Of a DNA stretch of 64,000 bases, positions 9,218-20,015 are shown piece after piece. Origin of the DNA: Myxococcota bacterium (GTDB lineage Bacteria; Myxococcota_A; UBA9160; UBA6930); assembly GCA_965223705.1 (NCBI GenBank), contig OZ245015.1:258582-322581 (forward strand), in the 5' to 3' direction. The stretch's first letter is position 1. Every line of letters begins with the position of its first letter. The position numbers and the translations under genes are program-made. Under the pieces are notes generated by a model. It was not told the DNA's origin and made no database searches. It was given only the letters and a program-made list of their open reading frames with translations.

Positions 9218-9890
9218 CGGGGGGCTCCGGCGAAGTCTTGGTGAAAGTGCGTTCGATCGCGCCGCGGATGTTTTCCGGCACGAGATAGCGAATCGAGCGA
9301 CCCGCGCGAAGTCTCCGGCGCAGTTCGGTCGAGGAGACGTCGACGCCGGCGATCTCGATGACGTCGATTCGATTGCCCGAGCGGTGGCGCGCTCCGCGGC
9401 CGTCTGTGTCAAACGCGACCGCACCGTGAAGCGCGGCAGGCATCCACGCGGCCAAGGGTTCGCGGCTCGCCGGAGGGCGAACCAACACACCGAAGTGCGC
9501 GCGTTCGAACAGGAGATCCGGTTTATGCCACGTGTCGAGCTCGCGGAATGCGTCGTGGCCGATCAGGAACACGGGCCGACCGTCGTCGTTCGCAGAGAGC
9601 TCCGCGAGCGTATCCACGGTGTACGAAGGGCCCTCTCGTTCGAGCTCGACGCGGGACAAGGCAAACCGCTTGTTCGCGGCAATCGCCTGAGCGACCCAGT
9701 CGGAGCGTTGCTCCGCCGGCGCGATCAGCTCCGCTCCCGAACCGCTCGCCTTGTGCGGTGGCGATGCGCTCGGTACGAACAATACGCGCGACAGGCCGAG
9801 TTGTTCGCACGCGTCTTCGGCGGCGCGCAGGTGTCCCAAGTGGATCGGGTTGAAGGTCCCGCCGAAGATCCCCGTGCCACCCGGGTTCAT
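9210..9890 (-). CDS. nadD: Nicotinate-nucleotide adenylyltransferase
   Basis: GIFGGTFNPIHLGHL nucleotidyltransferase (HxGH) motif and SPPHK. ATG 9890 overlaps the proA stop (ATGA). Confidence 0.85.
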   Translation of the reverse strand: MNPGGTGIFGGTFNPIHLGHLRAAEDACEQLGLSRVLFVPSASPPHKASGSGAELIAPAEQRSDWVAQAIAANKRFALSRVELEREGPSYTVDTLAELSANDDGRPVFLIGHDAFRELDTWHKPDLLFERAHFGVLVRPPASREPLAAWMPAALHGAVAFDTDGRGARHRSGNRIDVIEIAGVDVSSTELRRRLRAGRSIRYLVPENIRGAIERTFTKTSPEPPVD

Positions 9891-11143
9891 TCGCGGAGCT
9901 GGCCCTCGCCTTCGAGCACGAACTTTTGCGTTGTCAGGCCTTCGAGACCCATCGGGCCATACGCGTGAAGCTTCGAAGTCGACACGCCGATCTCGGCCCC
10001 GAGACCGAGCCGGAACCCGTCGGCGTAGGCGGTCGAGCAGTTCACGCCCACGGTCGAGGACTGAACGCGCCGCAAGAATGCCTGGGCGTTGTGGTAGCTC
10101 TCGGTCACGATGACCTCGGTGTGGTTCGAGCCGAAGTCGCGGATGTGCTCGATCGCGCCGTCCATGTCGTCGACGATGCGGACCGCGAGAATCTTGTCGA
10201 GGTACTCCGCGGTCCAGTCGACGTCTTCGGCGGGCAGTGCATCGCCGAAGACGCGTAGCGTGCGAGGACAGCCCCTGAGCTCGACCCCTTCTTCGCGAAG
10301 CGCTTTGAGGACTTCGGGCAGGATCGTCTCGGCGGCTTGGGCGTGTACAAGCAACGTCTCGAGTCCGTTGCACACGGACATTTGGCGCAATTTCGAATCG
10401 AGCACGATGTCGCGGGCCATGTCGAGCTCCGCGCTCTCGTCGAGGAATACGTGGCAGATCCCGGCGTCGTGACACAGGACGGGGATGGTCGTGTTTTCCG
10501 TGACGCGCCGGATGAGCCCCGGGCCGCCGCGGGGAATGATGAGATCTACGTAGCGCGACGCCTTCAACAAGTGATCGATCGCGGCGCGGTCGGTTCTCGG
10601 CACGAGAGCCACTGCGTCTTCCGGAAGTCCGGTGTCACGAGCCGCCGCACGCAACGCATCCCCCAACGCCAAGTTCGTGCGAATCGCTTCCGAGCCGCCG
10701 CGCAAAATGCACGCGTTGCCGGCCTTGACGCAGAGCGCAGCCGCATCGACGGTCACGTTGGGTCGCGATTCGTAAATGATGCCGATCACGCCCAGCGGAA
10801 TACGCATCTGCCCCACGCGCAATCCGTTCGGTCGCACGCGCATGCGGGTGATCTCGCCCACCGGGTCGGGCAGGGACGCGATTTGGCGCAGCCCCGACAG
10901 CATGTCGTCCCAGCGACTGCCCGCGAGTTCCAAGCGCGCGACCATGGGCGCGGCGATACCGCGGGCCGTCGCTTCCTCGACGTCTTTGCGGTTCTCCTCG
11001 AGGATCGCGTCGCGGGCCTCTTCGAGACGCTCGGCGGCGCGCAGAAGCCACGCGTCCTTCTCTCGCGTACGCATTGAACCGAGTTCGTCGGACGCTTTGC
11101 GCGCGCGTTTCGCGAGATCGAGAATCTGTGCTTCGAGGTTCAC
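9887..11143 (-). CDS. proA: Gamma-glutamyl phosphate reductase
   Basis: 418 aa, full-length ALDH-type ProA pattern (IYESRPNVTVDAAALCVKAGNACILRGGSEA; VCNGLETLLVH). Confidence 0.95.
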   Translation of the reverse strand: MNLEAQILDLAKRARKASDELGSMRTREKDAWLLRAAERLEEARDAILEENRKDVEEATARGIAAPMVARLELAGSRWDDMLSGLRQIASLPDPVGEITRMRVRPNGLRVGQMRIPLGVIGIIYESRPNVTVDAAALCVKAGNACILRGGSEAIRTNLALGDALRAAARDTGLPEDAVALVPRTDRAAIDHLLKASRYVDLIIPRGGPGLIRRVTENTTIPVLCHDAGICHVFLDESAELDMARDIVLDSKLRQMSVCNGLETLLVHAQAAETILPEVLKALREEGVELRGCPRTLRVFGDALPAEDVDWTAEYLDKILAVRIVDDMDGAIEHIRDFGSNHTEVIVTESYHNAQAFLRRVQSSTVGVNCSTAYADGFRLGLGAEIGVSTSKLHAYGPMGLEGLTTQKFVLEGEGQLRE

Positions 11144-11166
11144 GGGCTATTCGCTCGCTTCTTGGT

Positions 11167-13379
<2,213 letters not shown>

Positions 13380-13634
13380 CTAGGCCTGCGGTTCGACGCT
13401 GGCAGTGACTTTGCCGCGAGAGCGGCCGTAATGGACCACACCGTCGACCAGTGCGAACAGCGTGTAGTCGCGTCCCAAGCCCACACCGCGACCGGGGCGA
13501 ATTTTCGTTCCCAGCTGGCGAACGAGGATGTTGCCCGCGCGCACCTGCTGGCCGGCAAAACGCTTCACGCCGCGCCGCTGACCGTTGCTGTCGCGTCCGT
13601 TGCGAGAACTTCCCTGACCTTTTTTATGCGACAT
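13380..13634 (-). CDS. rpmA: 50S ribosomal protein L27
   Basis: [29 protein letters not shown] is a canonical L27 N-terminus. Confidence 0.97.
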   Translation of the reverse strand: MSHKKGQGSSRNGRDSNGQRRGVKRFAGQQVRAGNILVRQLGTKIRPGRGVGLGRDYTLFALVDGVVHYGRSRGKVTASVEPQA

Positions 13635-13643
13635 GCTTGGCTC

Positions 13644-13955
13644 CTAACCCTCAATCGACTCGACGTGGACTTCGGTGTAGTCCTGACGATGACCCTGCTT
13701 GCGCCGGTAGTTCTTGCGCCGCTTCATCTTGAATACGGTGATCTTCGGCGAGCGGCCCTGCGCGGCGATGGTCCCGCGAACACTCGCGCCATCGACGAGA
13801 GGCGTGCCGATGCGGGCCTCACCTTCGCCACCGACCAGCAACACCTGATCGAACGTGATGGTGTCACCCACATCGCCGGCGAGCTTCTCCACCCGCACGC
13901 GACCGCCGGGGGTCACCCGTACTTGCTTCCCACCGGTTTTCACCACGGCGTACAT
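13644..13955 (-). CDS. rplU: 50S ribosomal protein L21
   Basis: MYAVVKTGGKQVRV is a canonical L21 N-terminus. 103 aa. Confidence 0.97.
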   Translation of the reverse strand: MYAVVKTGGKQVRVTPGGRVRVEKLAGDVGDTITFDQVLLVGGEGEARIGTPLVDGASVRGTIAAQGRSPKITVFKMKRRKNYRRKQGHRQDYTEVHVESIEG

Positions 13956-15757
13956 CAGACTTCCTCTCGCTCGACCGGATCCGGCAGTATCGGTGATCCG
14001 GAAAGCCCGTCAACCGGCTCGGCTTCTACCTCTGAAAGCCCGTCAACCGGCTCGGCTTCTGCCTCTGAAAGCCCATCAACCGGCTCGGCCTGGGCCTGTC
14101 CCGCGCCGTTTCCGCTCGGAGGGGCCGGTGCTTCCAGAGTCGGCGCATCGGCCTCATCGGCGGCGGTCTCGATGTCGTCTCCCTCGGGGGAATCGGAGTC
14201 GTCCGCCGCACTCCCGTTGGATAGCCAGGGCACCTCGAACTCGACCGGCGGCCCGTCTTCGAGCGCCGTGACCTCGAACTGCTCTTGGTGAAGCTCGGCT
14301 CGCGCGCGGATCTCGATGGACCGACCGAGCTCCGCTTCCAGGAGCTCGATTTCGTCCCGGCCCTGGGCGAGCAGTTCCTCAGCGACCCTACGGTTGACCG
14401 AGACCTCGACGCGGCGCCCGCAGAAGTGGCGCAGATCCTTGCGAATTTCGCGGAGGACCTTGTGTGAAATGCTTTCCGCGGAGACGACGTAACCCTTCCC
14501 GTCGCAGTACGAGCACGGCTCGCACACCGCCTGGACCAGATTCTCGCGGGTCCGCTTGCGCGTCATTTCCACGAGACCGAGCTCGGAGATCTTCAGGATG
14601 TTTGTGCGCGCCTTGTCGTGCCGCAGTGCTTCCTGCAGGGCGCGATTCACTTTCTCGCGGTTCTCCGCCGACTCCATGTCGATCAAGTCGATGATGATGA
14701 GGCCGCCGATGTTGCGGAAGCGAAGCTGGTAGACGACTTCTTTGACCGCTTCGAGATTCGTGCGCAGGACAGTCTCTTCGAGGTCCCGCTTTCCGACGTA
14801 GCGGCCGGTGTTGACGTCGATCGCCGTCAGCGCCTCGCTCTGATCGATGATCAAGTAGCCGCCGCTCTTGAGCCACACTTTGCGGCCCAAGTTCGCATCG
14901 ATCCGGGCTTCGACGTCGTAGTAATCGAAGATGGGGACCTGTCCGTCGTAACGCTCGATCTTCGGCTTTGGATCGGCGACGAAGCGCTCTACGAAGTTCT
15001 TCATCTGTTCGTGTGCGTCTTTCGAGTCGACGACGATGCGCTTCGTTTCAGAATTCGCCAGATCGCGGATCACGCGCAGCGGGAGGTCGGGCTCTGAGTA
15101 GAGAAGATCCGGAGCGCGGACTTGATCCTTGCGGATCTGCACGTCGTCCCAGACCGCGGTCAAGTAGCGCACGTCCGCCTCGAGGTCGGCTTCCCGCGTT
15201 CCCTCACCCGCTGTGCGGATGATGAACCCCAGATCTTTCGGTCGGATTTTCTCGACGACGTCGCGCAGACGCCGACGCTCCTTGTCCGAATCGATGCGCC
15301 GTGAGACGCCGACGCGCTGCGCCCACGGTGTCAGCACCAGGTGCCGGCCGGCGATCGAGATATGGGAGGTGATTCGCGCACCCTTCGTCCCGATGGGTTC
15401 CTTCGCCACTTGGACGAGAATTTCCTGGCCTTCGCGGACCATGTCTTCAATGTTCGGCACCGGCTTGCGCGCCCCGTTGCGCCGCCCACGACGCCGCGAG
15501 CCGCCCCCGCCGGAGCCCAAGTGTTCGATGTCCTCGACGTAGTCCCCGGCGTACAGGAACGCCGCCTTCTCGAGTCCGATATCGACGAACGCCGCTTGCA
15601 TGCCCGGCAACACACGGGACACGCGACCGAGGACCACGTCGCCCACGACGTTGCGGTTTTTCGCCCGCTCGAGATGAAACTCGACGAACTGGTTTCGCTC
15701 GAGAATCGCCACGCGGGTCTCGCCCGCGGAAGCATTGATCAGAATTTCGTTCTGCAT
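13955..15757 (-). CDS. rng: Ribonuclease E/G family endoribonuclease with repeat-containing acidic C-terminal tail
   Basis: S1 domain followed by the RNase E/G catalytic core (IDVNTGRYVGK, CPYCDGKGYV-like CxxC). The stop overlaps the rplU start by 1 nt. Confidence 0.9.
   Translation of the reverse strand: MQNEILINASAGETRVAILERNQFVEFHLERAKNRNVVGDVVLGRVSRVLPGMQAAFVDIGLEKAAFLYAGDYVEDIEHLGSGGGGSRRRGRRNGARKPVPNIEDMVREGQEILVQVAKEPIGTKGARITSHISIAGRHLVLTPWAQRVGVSRRIDSDKERRRLRDVVEKIRPKDLGFIIRTAGEGTREADLEADVRYLTAVWDDVQIRKDQVRAPDLLYSEPDLPLRVIRDLANSETKRIVVDSKDAHEQMKNFVERFVADPKPKIERYDGQVPIFDYYDVEARIDANLGRKVWLKSGGYLIIDQSEALTAIDVNTGRYVGKRDLEETVLRTNLEAVKEVVYQLRFRNIGGLIIIDLIDMESAENREKVNRALQEALRHDKARTNILKISELGLVEMTRKRTRENLVQAVCEPCSYCDGKGYVVSAESISHKVLREIRKDLRHFCGRRVEVSVNRRVAEELLAQGRDEIELLEAELGRSIEIRARAELHQEQFEVTALEDGPPVEFEVPWLSNGSAADDSDSPEGDDIETAADEADAPTLEAPAPPSGNGAGQAQAEPVDGLSEAEAEPVDGLSEVEAEPVDGLSGSPILPDPVEREEV
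13998..14092. repeat. 33-bp tandem repeat (~2.7 copies) inside the RNase E/G 3' coding region
   Basis: The unit gaaagcccgtcaaccggctcggcttctRcctct starts at 14001, 14034 and 14067. It encodes repeats of AEPVDGLSE(A/V)E. Confidence 0.9.
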
Positions 15758-16315
15758 ACACCGCCCTCAACGCGTCTCGGAGACGCGCTCGCGGCGAGCG
15801 CAGAGGTCTGCCTACACCACCTGTCCCTGCAGGGCGCGGATCCGAGGGCCGTCAAGGCTGTTTTGGCGGGGTGTTGCAGCCGCACGAGCGCGTAGGCTCG
15901 GCGGTTGGACGCGAGAAGTTCTCGGACGCCTAAGCATGTCGGTGGGCGGACAGTTCACAGTTCGCTCGCCTGGTTCCTCGCGGTCCAGATCGACGCGTTC
16001 TCGAAGTCGGGTATCTCGGCGTAGCTCGGGCTCAACGGACTCTTGCGACTGCTCCACGGGCCCCCGCCTCGCGTTCCGACCAGTTCGCTTTCCCGTGGGC
16101 TGCTTTTCAGCCCGCCGTGGGTTTCCCAGCTCGCCGACACCCTTCGATGTCACGCGTCGGTCCTTGGCTTCCGGATTCCGCTGCCGCTGCGGCGTCGGAC
16201 TGGCGGGATCGCGGCGTCGCGCCCTAGGCTTTCTGAGCGAGCGCCCTGGTCCCGCGCGGCCCTTGGAACCCGGAACGTTGTCATCGGACCGCCTCAAAAT
16301 CGTACGAGGAGCATC

Positions 16316-17710
16316 ATGGATCACGATGACGCGGTCAAGCCGGATCCCCGGCGGGGGCTTCCCCAGGTCGACGCATGGATCCGAAAGCTCCTCGACGAGG
16401 ATCTGGGCTTTGCAGAGTGGGTAATTCGACACGTTTCCCGCCGCGAGATCGCCGCCGCACGGGAGCGAGTCAGCGCGGGGCAGGAAGCGGGCGATCTCCG
16501 CAGCCTCTGTATCGCAGCGGCCGCTCGGCTCTCCCAACCGCATCCGAGGCGCGTCGTCAACGGAACGGGCGTGATGGTCCACACGAATCTGGGACGGTCC
16601 GCGCTCTCGCCACGGGCGACGCGCGCCGTGGCCGAGGCCGCGGCCGGTTACAGCGACCTCGAACTCGACCTTGCGAGCGGACGCCGCGGCAACCGCTTGG
16701 GGCGACTGGCCGACCTGCTGTGCGCGGCTTCGGGAGCGGAGGCGGCGCTCGCCGTCAACAACAACGCCGCCGCCCTGTTGCTGCTCGCGAACACCTTGGC
16801 GCGCGGCCGGGAAGTGGTGGTGTCACGAGGCGAGTTGGTCGAGATCGGCGGATCCTTTCGGGTGCCCGATATTCTCGAGCGTGCGGATGTACGCCTTGTC
16901 GAAGTGGGTACGACGAACCGCACGCATCCCCACGACTACCGGGACGCCATCGGACCCGAGACGGGCCTGCTGCTCAAGGTCCACCCGAGCAACTTTGCGC
17001 AGCAGGGCTATGTCACCGACGTGTCGCTCGAAGCGCTGGTCGGGATCGGCGCTGAGATGGGTGTTCCCGTGGTCGAAGATTTGGGAAGCGGCTTGTTCGA
17101 AACGCCCGACAAGCGCGGCTTGCCCTCGGAAACCGACGTGCGGAGTCGGCTCCGAACGGGTGTCGACGCGCTTTGCTTTTCCGGTGACAAACTTTTGGGC
17201 GGTCCCCAGGCGGGCCTCATCCTCGGTCGCACCGACGTCGTCGCGGAAGCGAAGCGCAACCCGCTCGCTCGTGCGCTCCGACTCGACAAGCTGTCGATCG
17301 CGGCGCTCGACGCGACGTTGCGCGACCTCCTCGAGGATGCGCCCGAATCGCGCCCGCCGACGCTACACCAAATCGAGACGCCCTTGACCCAGTTGTCCGA
17401 GCGCGCGGAAGCGCTGGCGCGAGCGCTCGAAGAACGCTGCGGCCCGCGTCTCAAAGTGACGGTGGAAGTCGCGCACTCATCCGTCGGGGGCGGGAGCGTT
17501 CCCGGTTTCGAGCTCGAGACCCGCGTGGTGTCGCTTCGGGGCGAGGATGCCTTGCGACTCGCGCGGCGTCTGCGGGAAGCCCCGGTTCCCGTCCTCACGC
17601 GTGTCCGAGATGATGCGGTCACCATCGATGTGAGGACTCTACTCGCCGGAGACGACGTCTTATGCTGCGAGGCCGTCGCTTGGGCCTTCGAGGGTGCGGC
17701 GAGCCTTTAG
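16316..17710 (+). CDS. selA: L-seryl-tRNA(Sec) selenium transferase (selenocysteine synthase)
   Basis: VNGTGVMVHTNLGRS and the PLP-lysine context FSGDKLLGGPQAG. ATG 16316 is preceded by GAGGAG. The upstream part of track ORF 16043.. is not protein-like. Confidence 0.9.
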   Translation: MDHDDAVKPDPRRGLPQVDAWIRKLLDEDLGFAEWVIRHVSRREIAAARERVSAGQEAGDLRSLCIAAAARLSQPHPRRVVNGTGVMVHTNLGRSALSPRATRAVAEAAAGYSDLELDLASGRRGNRLGRLADLLCAASGAEAALAVNNNAAALLLLANTLARGREVVVSRGELVEIGGSFRVPDILERADVRLVEVGTTNRTHPHDYRDAIGPETGLLLKVHPSNFAQQGYVTDVSLEALVGIGAEMGVPVVEDLGSGLFETPDKRGLPSETDVRSRLRTGVDALCFSGDKLLGGPQAGLILGRTDVVAEAKRNPLARALRLDKLSIAALDATLRDLLEDAPESRPPTLHQIETPLTQLSERAEALARALEERCGPRLKVTVEVAHSSVGGGSVPGFELETRVVSLRGEDALRLARRLREAPVPVLTRVRDDAVTIDVRTLLAGDDVLCCEAVAWAFEGAASL

Positions 17711-17730
17711 CCTCTGTAACCTCGACGGCG

Positions 17731-18327
17731 ATGCTATCGAGCAGCGTGCTGGTCCTGAACCGGTCCTACCTCCCGGTGCACGTCACGTCGGCGAAGCGTG
17801 CGTTCTCACTCCTGTATCAGGGGATCGCGCGGGCCGTCGACGAAGAGTTTCAGACCTTCGATTTCGAGGAGTGGAGCCAGCTCTCGACGCTGCGCGAGGG
17901 CGACAGCGTCGGAACGATCGGAGGTCGCATTCTGATCCCGCGGGTGATCGTACTCGTCGCCTTCGACCGCCTCCCGAAACGCCACGTCCGCTTCAGTCGC
18001 ATCAACATCATGACGCGCGACGGTTTTCGCTGTCAGTACTGCGGCGACCATCCGTCGCGGGCAGAACTCAACCTCGATCACGTCGTACCGCGCGCGCAGG
18101 GCGGCAAGAGTACGTGGGAGAACGTGGTGACCAGCTGTGTCGACTGCAATCGCCGAAAGGGCGGCCGCACACCGGCGCAGGCCCGGATGAAACTGCGCAG
18201 TCGCCCGGTGCGCCCCCGTTGGACACCGCTCTCGCACTTGATTCTTTCGAGTCAGCGTTACGAGCAGTGGCGGCCTTTCCTCAACGTGGTCGACGCTTCG
18301 TACTGGAACGCGGAGCTCAACGAGTAA
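17731..18327 (+). CDS. HNH endonuclease family protein
   Basis: RCQYCG ... LNLDHVVPRAQGG ... WENVVTSCVDCNRRKG forms an HNH/zinc-ribbon core. ATG at 17731. Confidence 0.8.
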   Translation: MLSSSVLVLNRSYLPVHVTSAKRAFSLLYQGIARAVDEEFQTFDFEEWSQLSTLREGDSVGTIGGRILIPRVIVLVAFDRLPKRHVRFSRINIMTRDGFRCQYCGDHPSRAELNLDHVVPRAQGGKSTWENVVTSCVDCNRRKGGRTPAQARMKLRSRPVRPRWTPLSHLILSSQRYEQWRPFLNVVDASYWNAELNE

Positions 18328-18345
18328 CCGGAGGTCCCCCCCGAC

Positions 18346-19278
18346 ATGCGGTTCCAACAGCCGCAGCAGCGAAGCGCCCACATGATCGCCGTCGCCGGTG
18401 GCAAGGGGGGTGTGGGCAAGACGTTCTTTTCGGCGAACCTGGCGGTTCTCCTGGCGCGCGCCGGCGTGCACGTCGTCGCGGTCGATACGGATCTCGAAGG
18501 GGCGAACCTCCACACCTGGCTCGGTGTGAAGTCGCCCAAGCGGACGCTGGCCGATTTCGTTTCGGGGCGCGAGGACGATCCGAGGCGACTCCTCGTCGAG
18601 ACGCCCATTCCGAAGCTCGAGCTCATCGCCGCGACGGAGGGCCATCTGACCGACGCCCAGCCGAGTGCAGAGCGCCGCGCCGAGCTTCTGCAGGGGCTCC
18701 GGTCCATGTCGTGCGACGCGGTGCTCCTCGACTGCGGTGCGGGAACCCACGCGGCCAACGTCGATTACTTCCTCGCCGGCGACGACGGCGTGTTGATCTT
18801 CCACCCGGAACCGACTTCCGTCGAGAACGCGTACAACTTCCTGCGCTCCGTTCTCTTGCGGCGCATGGAGCTCGCCATGTTGAAGCCGGAAGTCCAGGCG
18901 TGCGTGCGCGAGGCGATGGACATGCGCAACGAGCGGGGCATCCGCACGCCGCGCGATCTGCTGCGTGCGGTGGCGGCGCTCGATTCCGAGGAAGCGAAAC
19001 GATTCCAGCGCGTGTTGGCGACGCTCAAGCCGCGTATCGTAGTGAACGAAGTGACGACCGCCGAAGACGTCAAGCTCGGTTTTTCCGTGCGCGGCGTTTG
19101 TCGGAACTTTTTCGGCGTGCAAGCGGATTACCTGGGGTACATGAACAGCGATCCCCGCGTGCGCAAAGCGCTTCGCGCCGGTGTTCCCATCGTCGAGTCG
19201 GACGCCGAAACCGAGGTCTCGATTTACTTGTCGCGCATCGCGCGCAAATTGATGCGCGAGGCAGGTCTCGCCACGTGA
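18346..19278 (+). CDS. MinD/ParA/FlhG-superfamily P-loop ATPase
   Basis: Deviant Walker A IAVAGGKGGVGKT and Walker B-like VLLDCGAG. 310 aa. Confidence 0.8.
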   Translation: MRFQQPQQRSAHMIAVAGGKGGVGKTFFSANLAVLLARAGVHVVAVDTDLEGANLHTWLGVKSPKRTLADFVSGREDDPRRLLVETPIPKLELIAATEGHLTDAQPSAERRAELLQGLRSMSCDAVLLDCGAGTHAANVDYFLAGDDGVLIFHPEPTSVENAYNFLRSVLLRRMELAMLKPEVQACVREAMDMRNERGIRTPRDLLRAVAALDSEEAKRFQRVLATLKPRIVVNEVTTAEDVKLGFSVRGVCRNFFGVQADYLGYMNSDPRVRKALRAGVPIVESDAETEVSIYLSRIARKLMREAGLAT

Positions 19279-20012
19279 AGAGCTTCGCCGAGCTCACGTA
19301 TTACGAACTGCTGGAAATCGCACCCGACGCCGGGAACCAAGAGCTCGAGCGCGCCTACCGCATGGCACAAGCGACGTACGGCGAATCGTCGATGGCGACC
19401 TACTCGCTCTACGGCGATGACGAACTCTCGGTGATCCGGGCGAGAATCGACGAGGCGTACCGTGTGCTGCGAGAGCCGACGGAGCGATCGCGCTACGACC
19501 GCGGGCTCGCCCGAGCAGAGGCGCTTGCGGAAGACGAAGACGAGGAGGAGATGACGCTCGATTTCCCCCTCGATGATCTCGAGGCGTTCGATCCGCGGCC
19601 TGAGCCGCTGCCCGAGAGCGGTGGGCGCGGGTTCACCGAGGCGAGGTTCGCGCCGCACCCGGAGCCACGTCCGGAGCGTCTCCTCGAGATCCAACCGCCG
19701 GTGACCCAGTTCGAGCCGGTGGAAGAAGACGACGGTACGCCGTTTAACGGAGCGCGCTTGCGCCGCGCTCGCTTGGCTCGGGGCATCGACCTCGACCAGG
19801 TCGCCTCGGTGACGAAAGTGACGGTCGCGCACTTGCAGTCCATCGAAGACGATCGTTACGGGGATCTTCCCGCGCCGGTCTACGCCCGGGGCTTCGTCTC
19901 CGCGTACGCCCGCTGTATCGGCCTCGACGCCGAGCGCGTCTGCCGCGATTACATGGACGCGCTGCGAAGTGCGGAAGCGCGCGTCAACAACCGGCCGCGG
20001 CGTCGGGCGTAG
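19275..20012 (+). CDS. Degenerate J-domain-like / XRE (RodZ-like) helix-turn-helix protein
   Basis: GTG 19275 overlaps the upstream stop (GTGA). The N-terminus TYYELLEIAPDAGNQELERAYR resembles J-domain helices I-II but no HPD tripeptide is present. The C-terminal HTH is LRRARLARGIDLDQVASVTKVTVAHLQSIE. The middle section is acidic and Pro-rich. Confidence 0.7.
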   Translation: MKSFAELTYYELLEIAPDAGNQELERAYRMAQATYGESSMATYSLYGDDELSVIRARIDEAYRVLREPTERSRYDRGLARAEALAEDEDEEEMTLDFPLDDLEAFDPRPEPLPESGGRGFTEARFAPHPEPRPERLLEIQPPVTQFEPVEEDDGTPFNGARLRRARLARGIDLDQVASVTKVTVAHLQSIEDDRYGDLPAPVYARGFVSAYARCIGLDAERVCRDYMDALRSAEARVNNRPRRRA

Positions 20013-20015
20013 CGG

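Noticed and set aside
8846-9490. 214-aa form of the rsfS ORF and similar long N-terminal extensions (proB 459 aa, TauE 279 aa, OMP 514 aa, PNPOx-FNR 589 aa)
   Set aside because: The extensions are Arg/Pro-rich, overlap upstream genes or the tRNA, and precede better starts. Those starts have an RBS, a signal peptide or start/stop coupling, so I used the shorter coordinates.
15758-16315. Search for tRNA-Sec (selC), tmRNA, RNase P or SRP RNA next to selA
   Set aside because: I found no UCA anticodon loop with U33 and a long acceptor or variable arm. I also found no GAGGAAAGUCC (RNase P P4) or tmRNA tag-like signature on either strand.
15735-16582. ORFs of 229 aa (plus strand) and 256 aa (minus strand) filling the rng-selA spacer
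   Set aside because: Their Ser/Arg/Pro-rich composition is not protein-like, with no RBS or start context and no motif. I treat the region as non-coding (see the spacer finding).
17694-20012. 772-aa plus-strand ORF spanning the HNH, MinD-like and J/HTH genes
   Set aside because: Its first ~525 residues are extreme Arg/Ala/Pro/Gly low-complexity, typical of an off-frame read-through in GC-rich DNA. They overlap two genes with clear catalytic motifs in other frames. Only the C-terminal 245 aa (from GTG 19275) look like a real protein.
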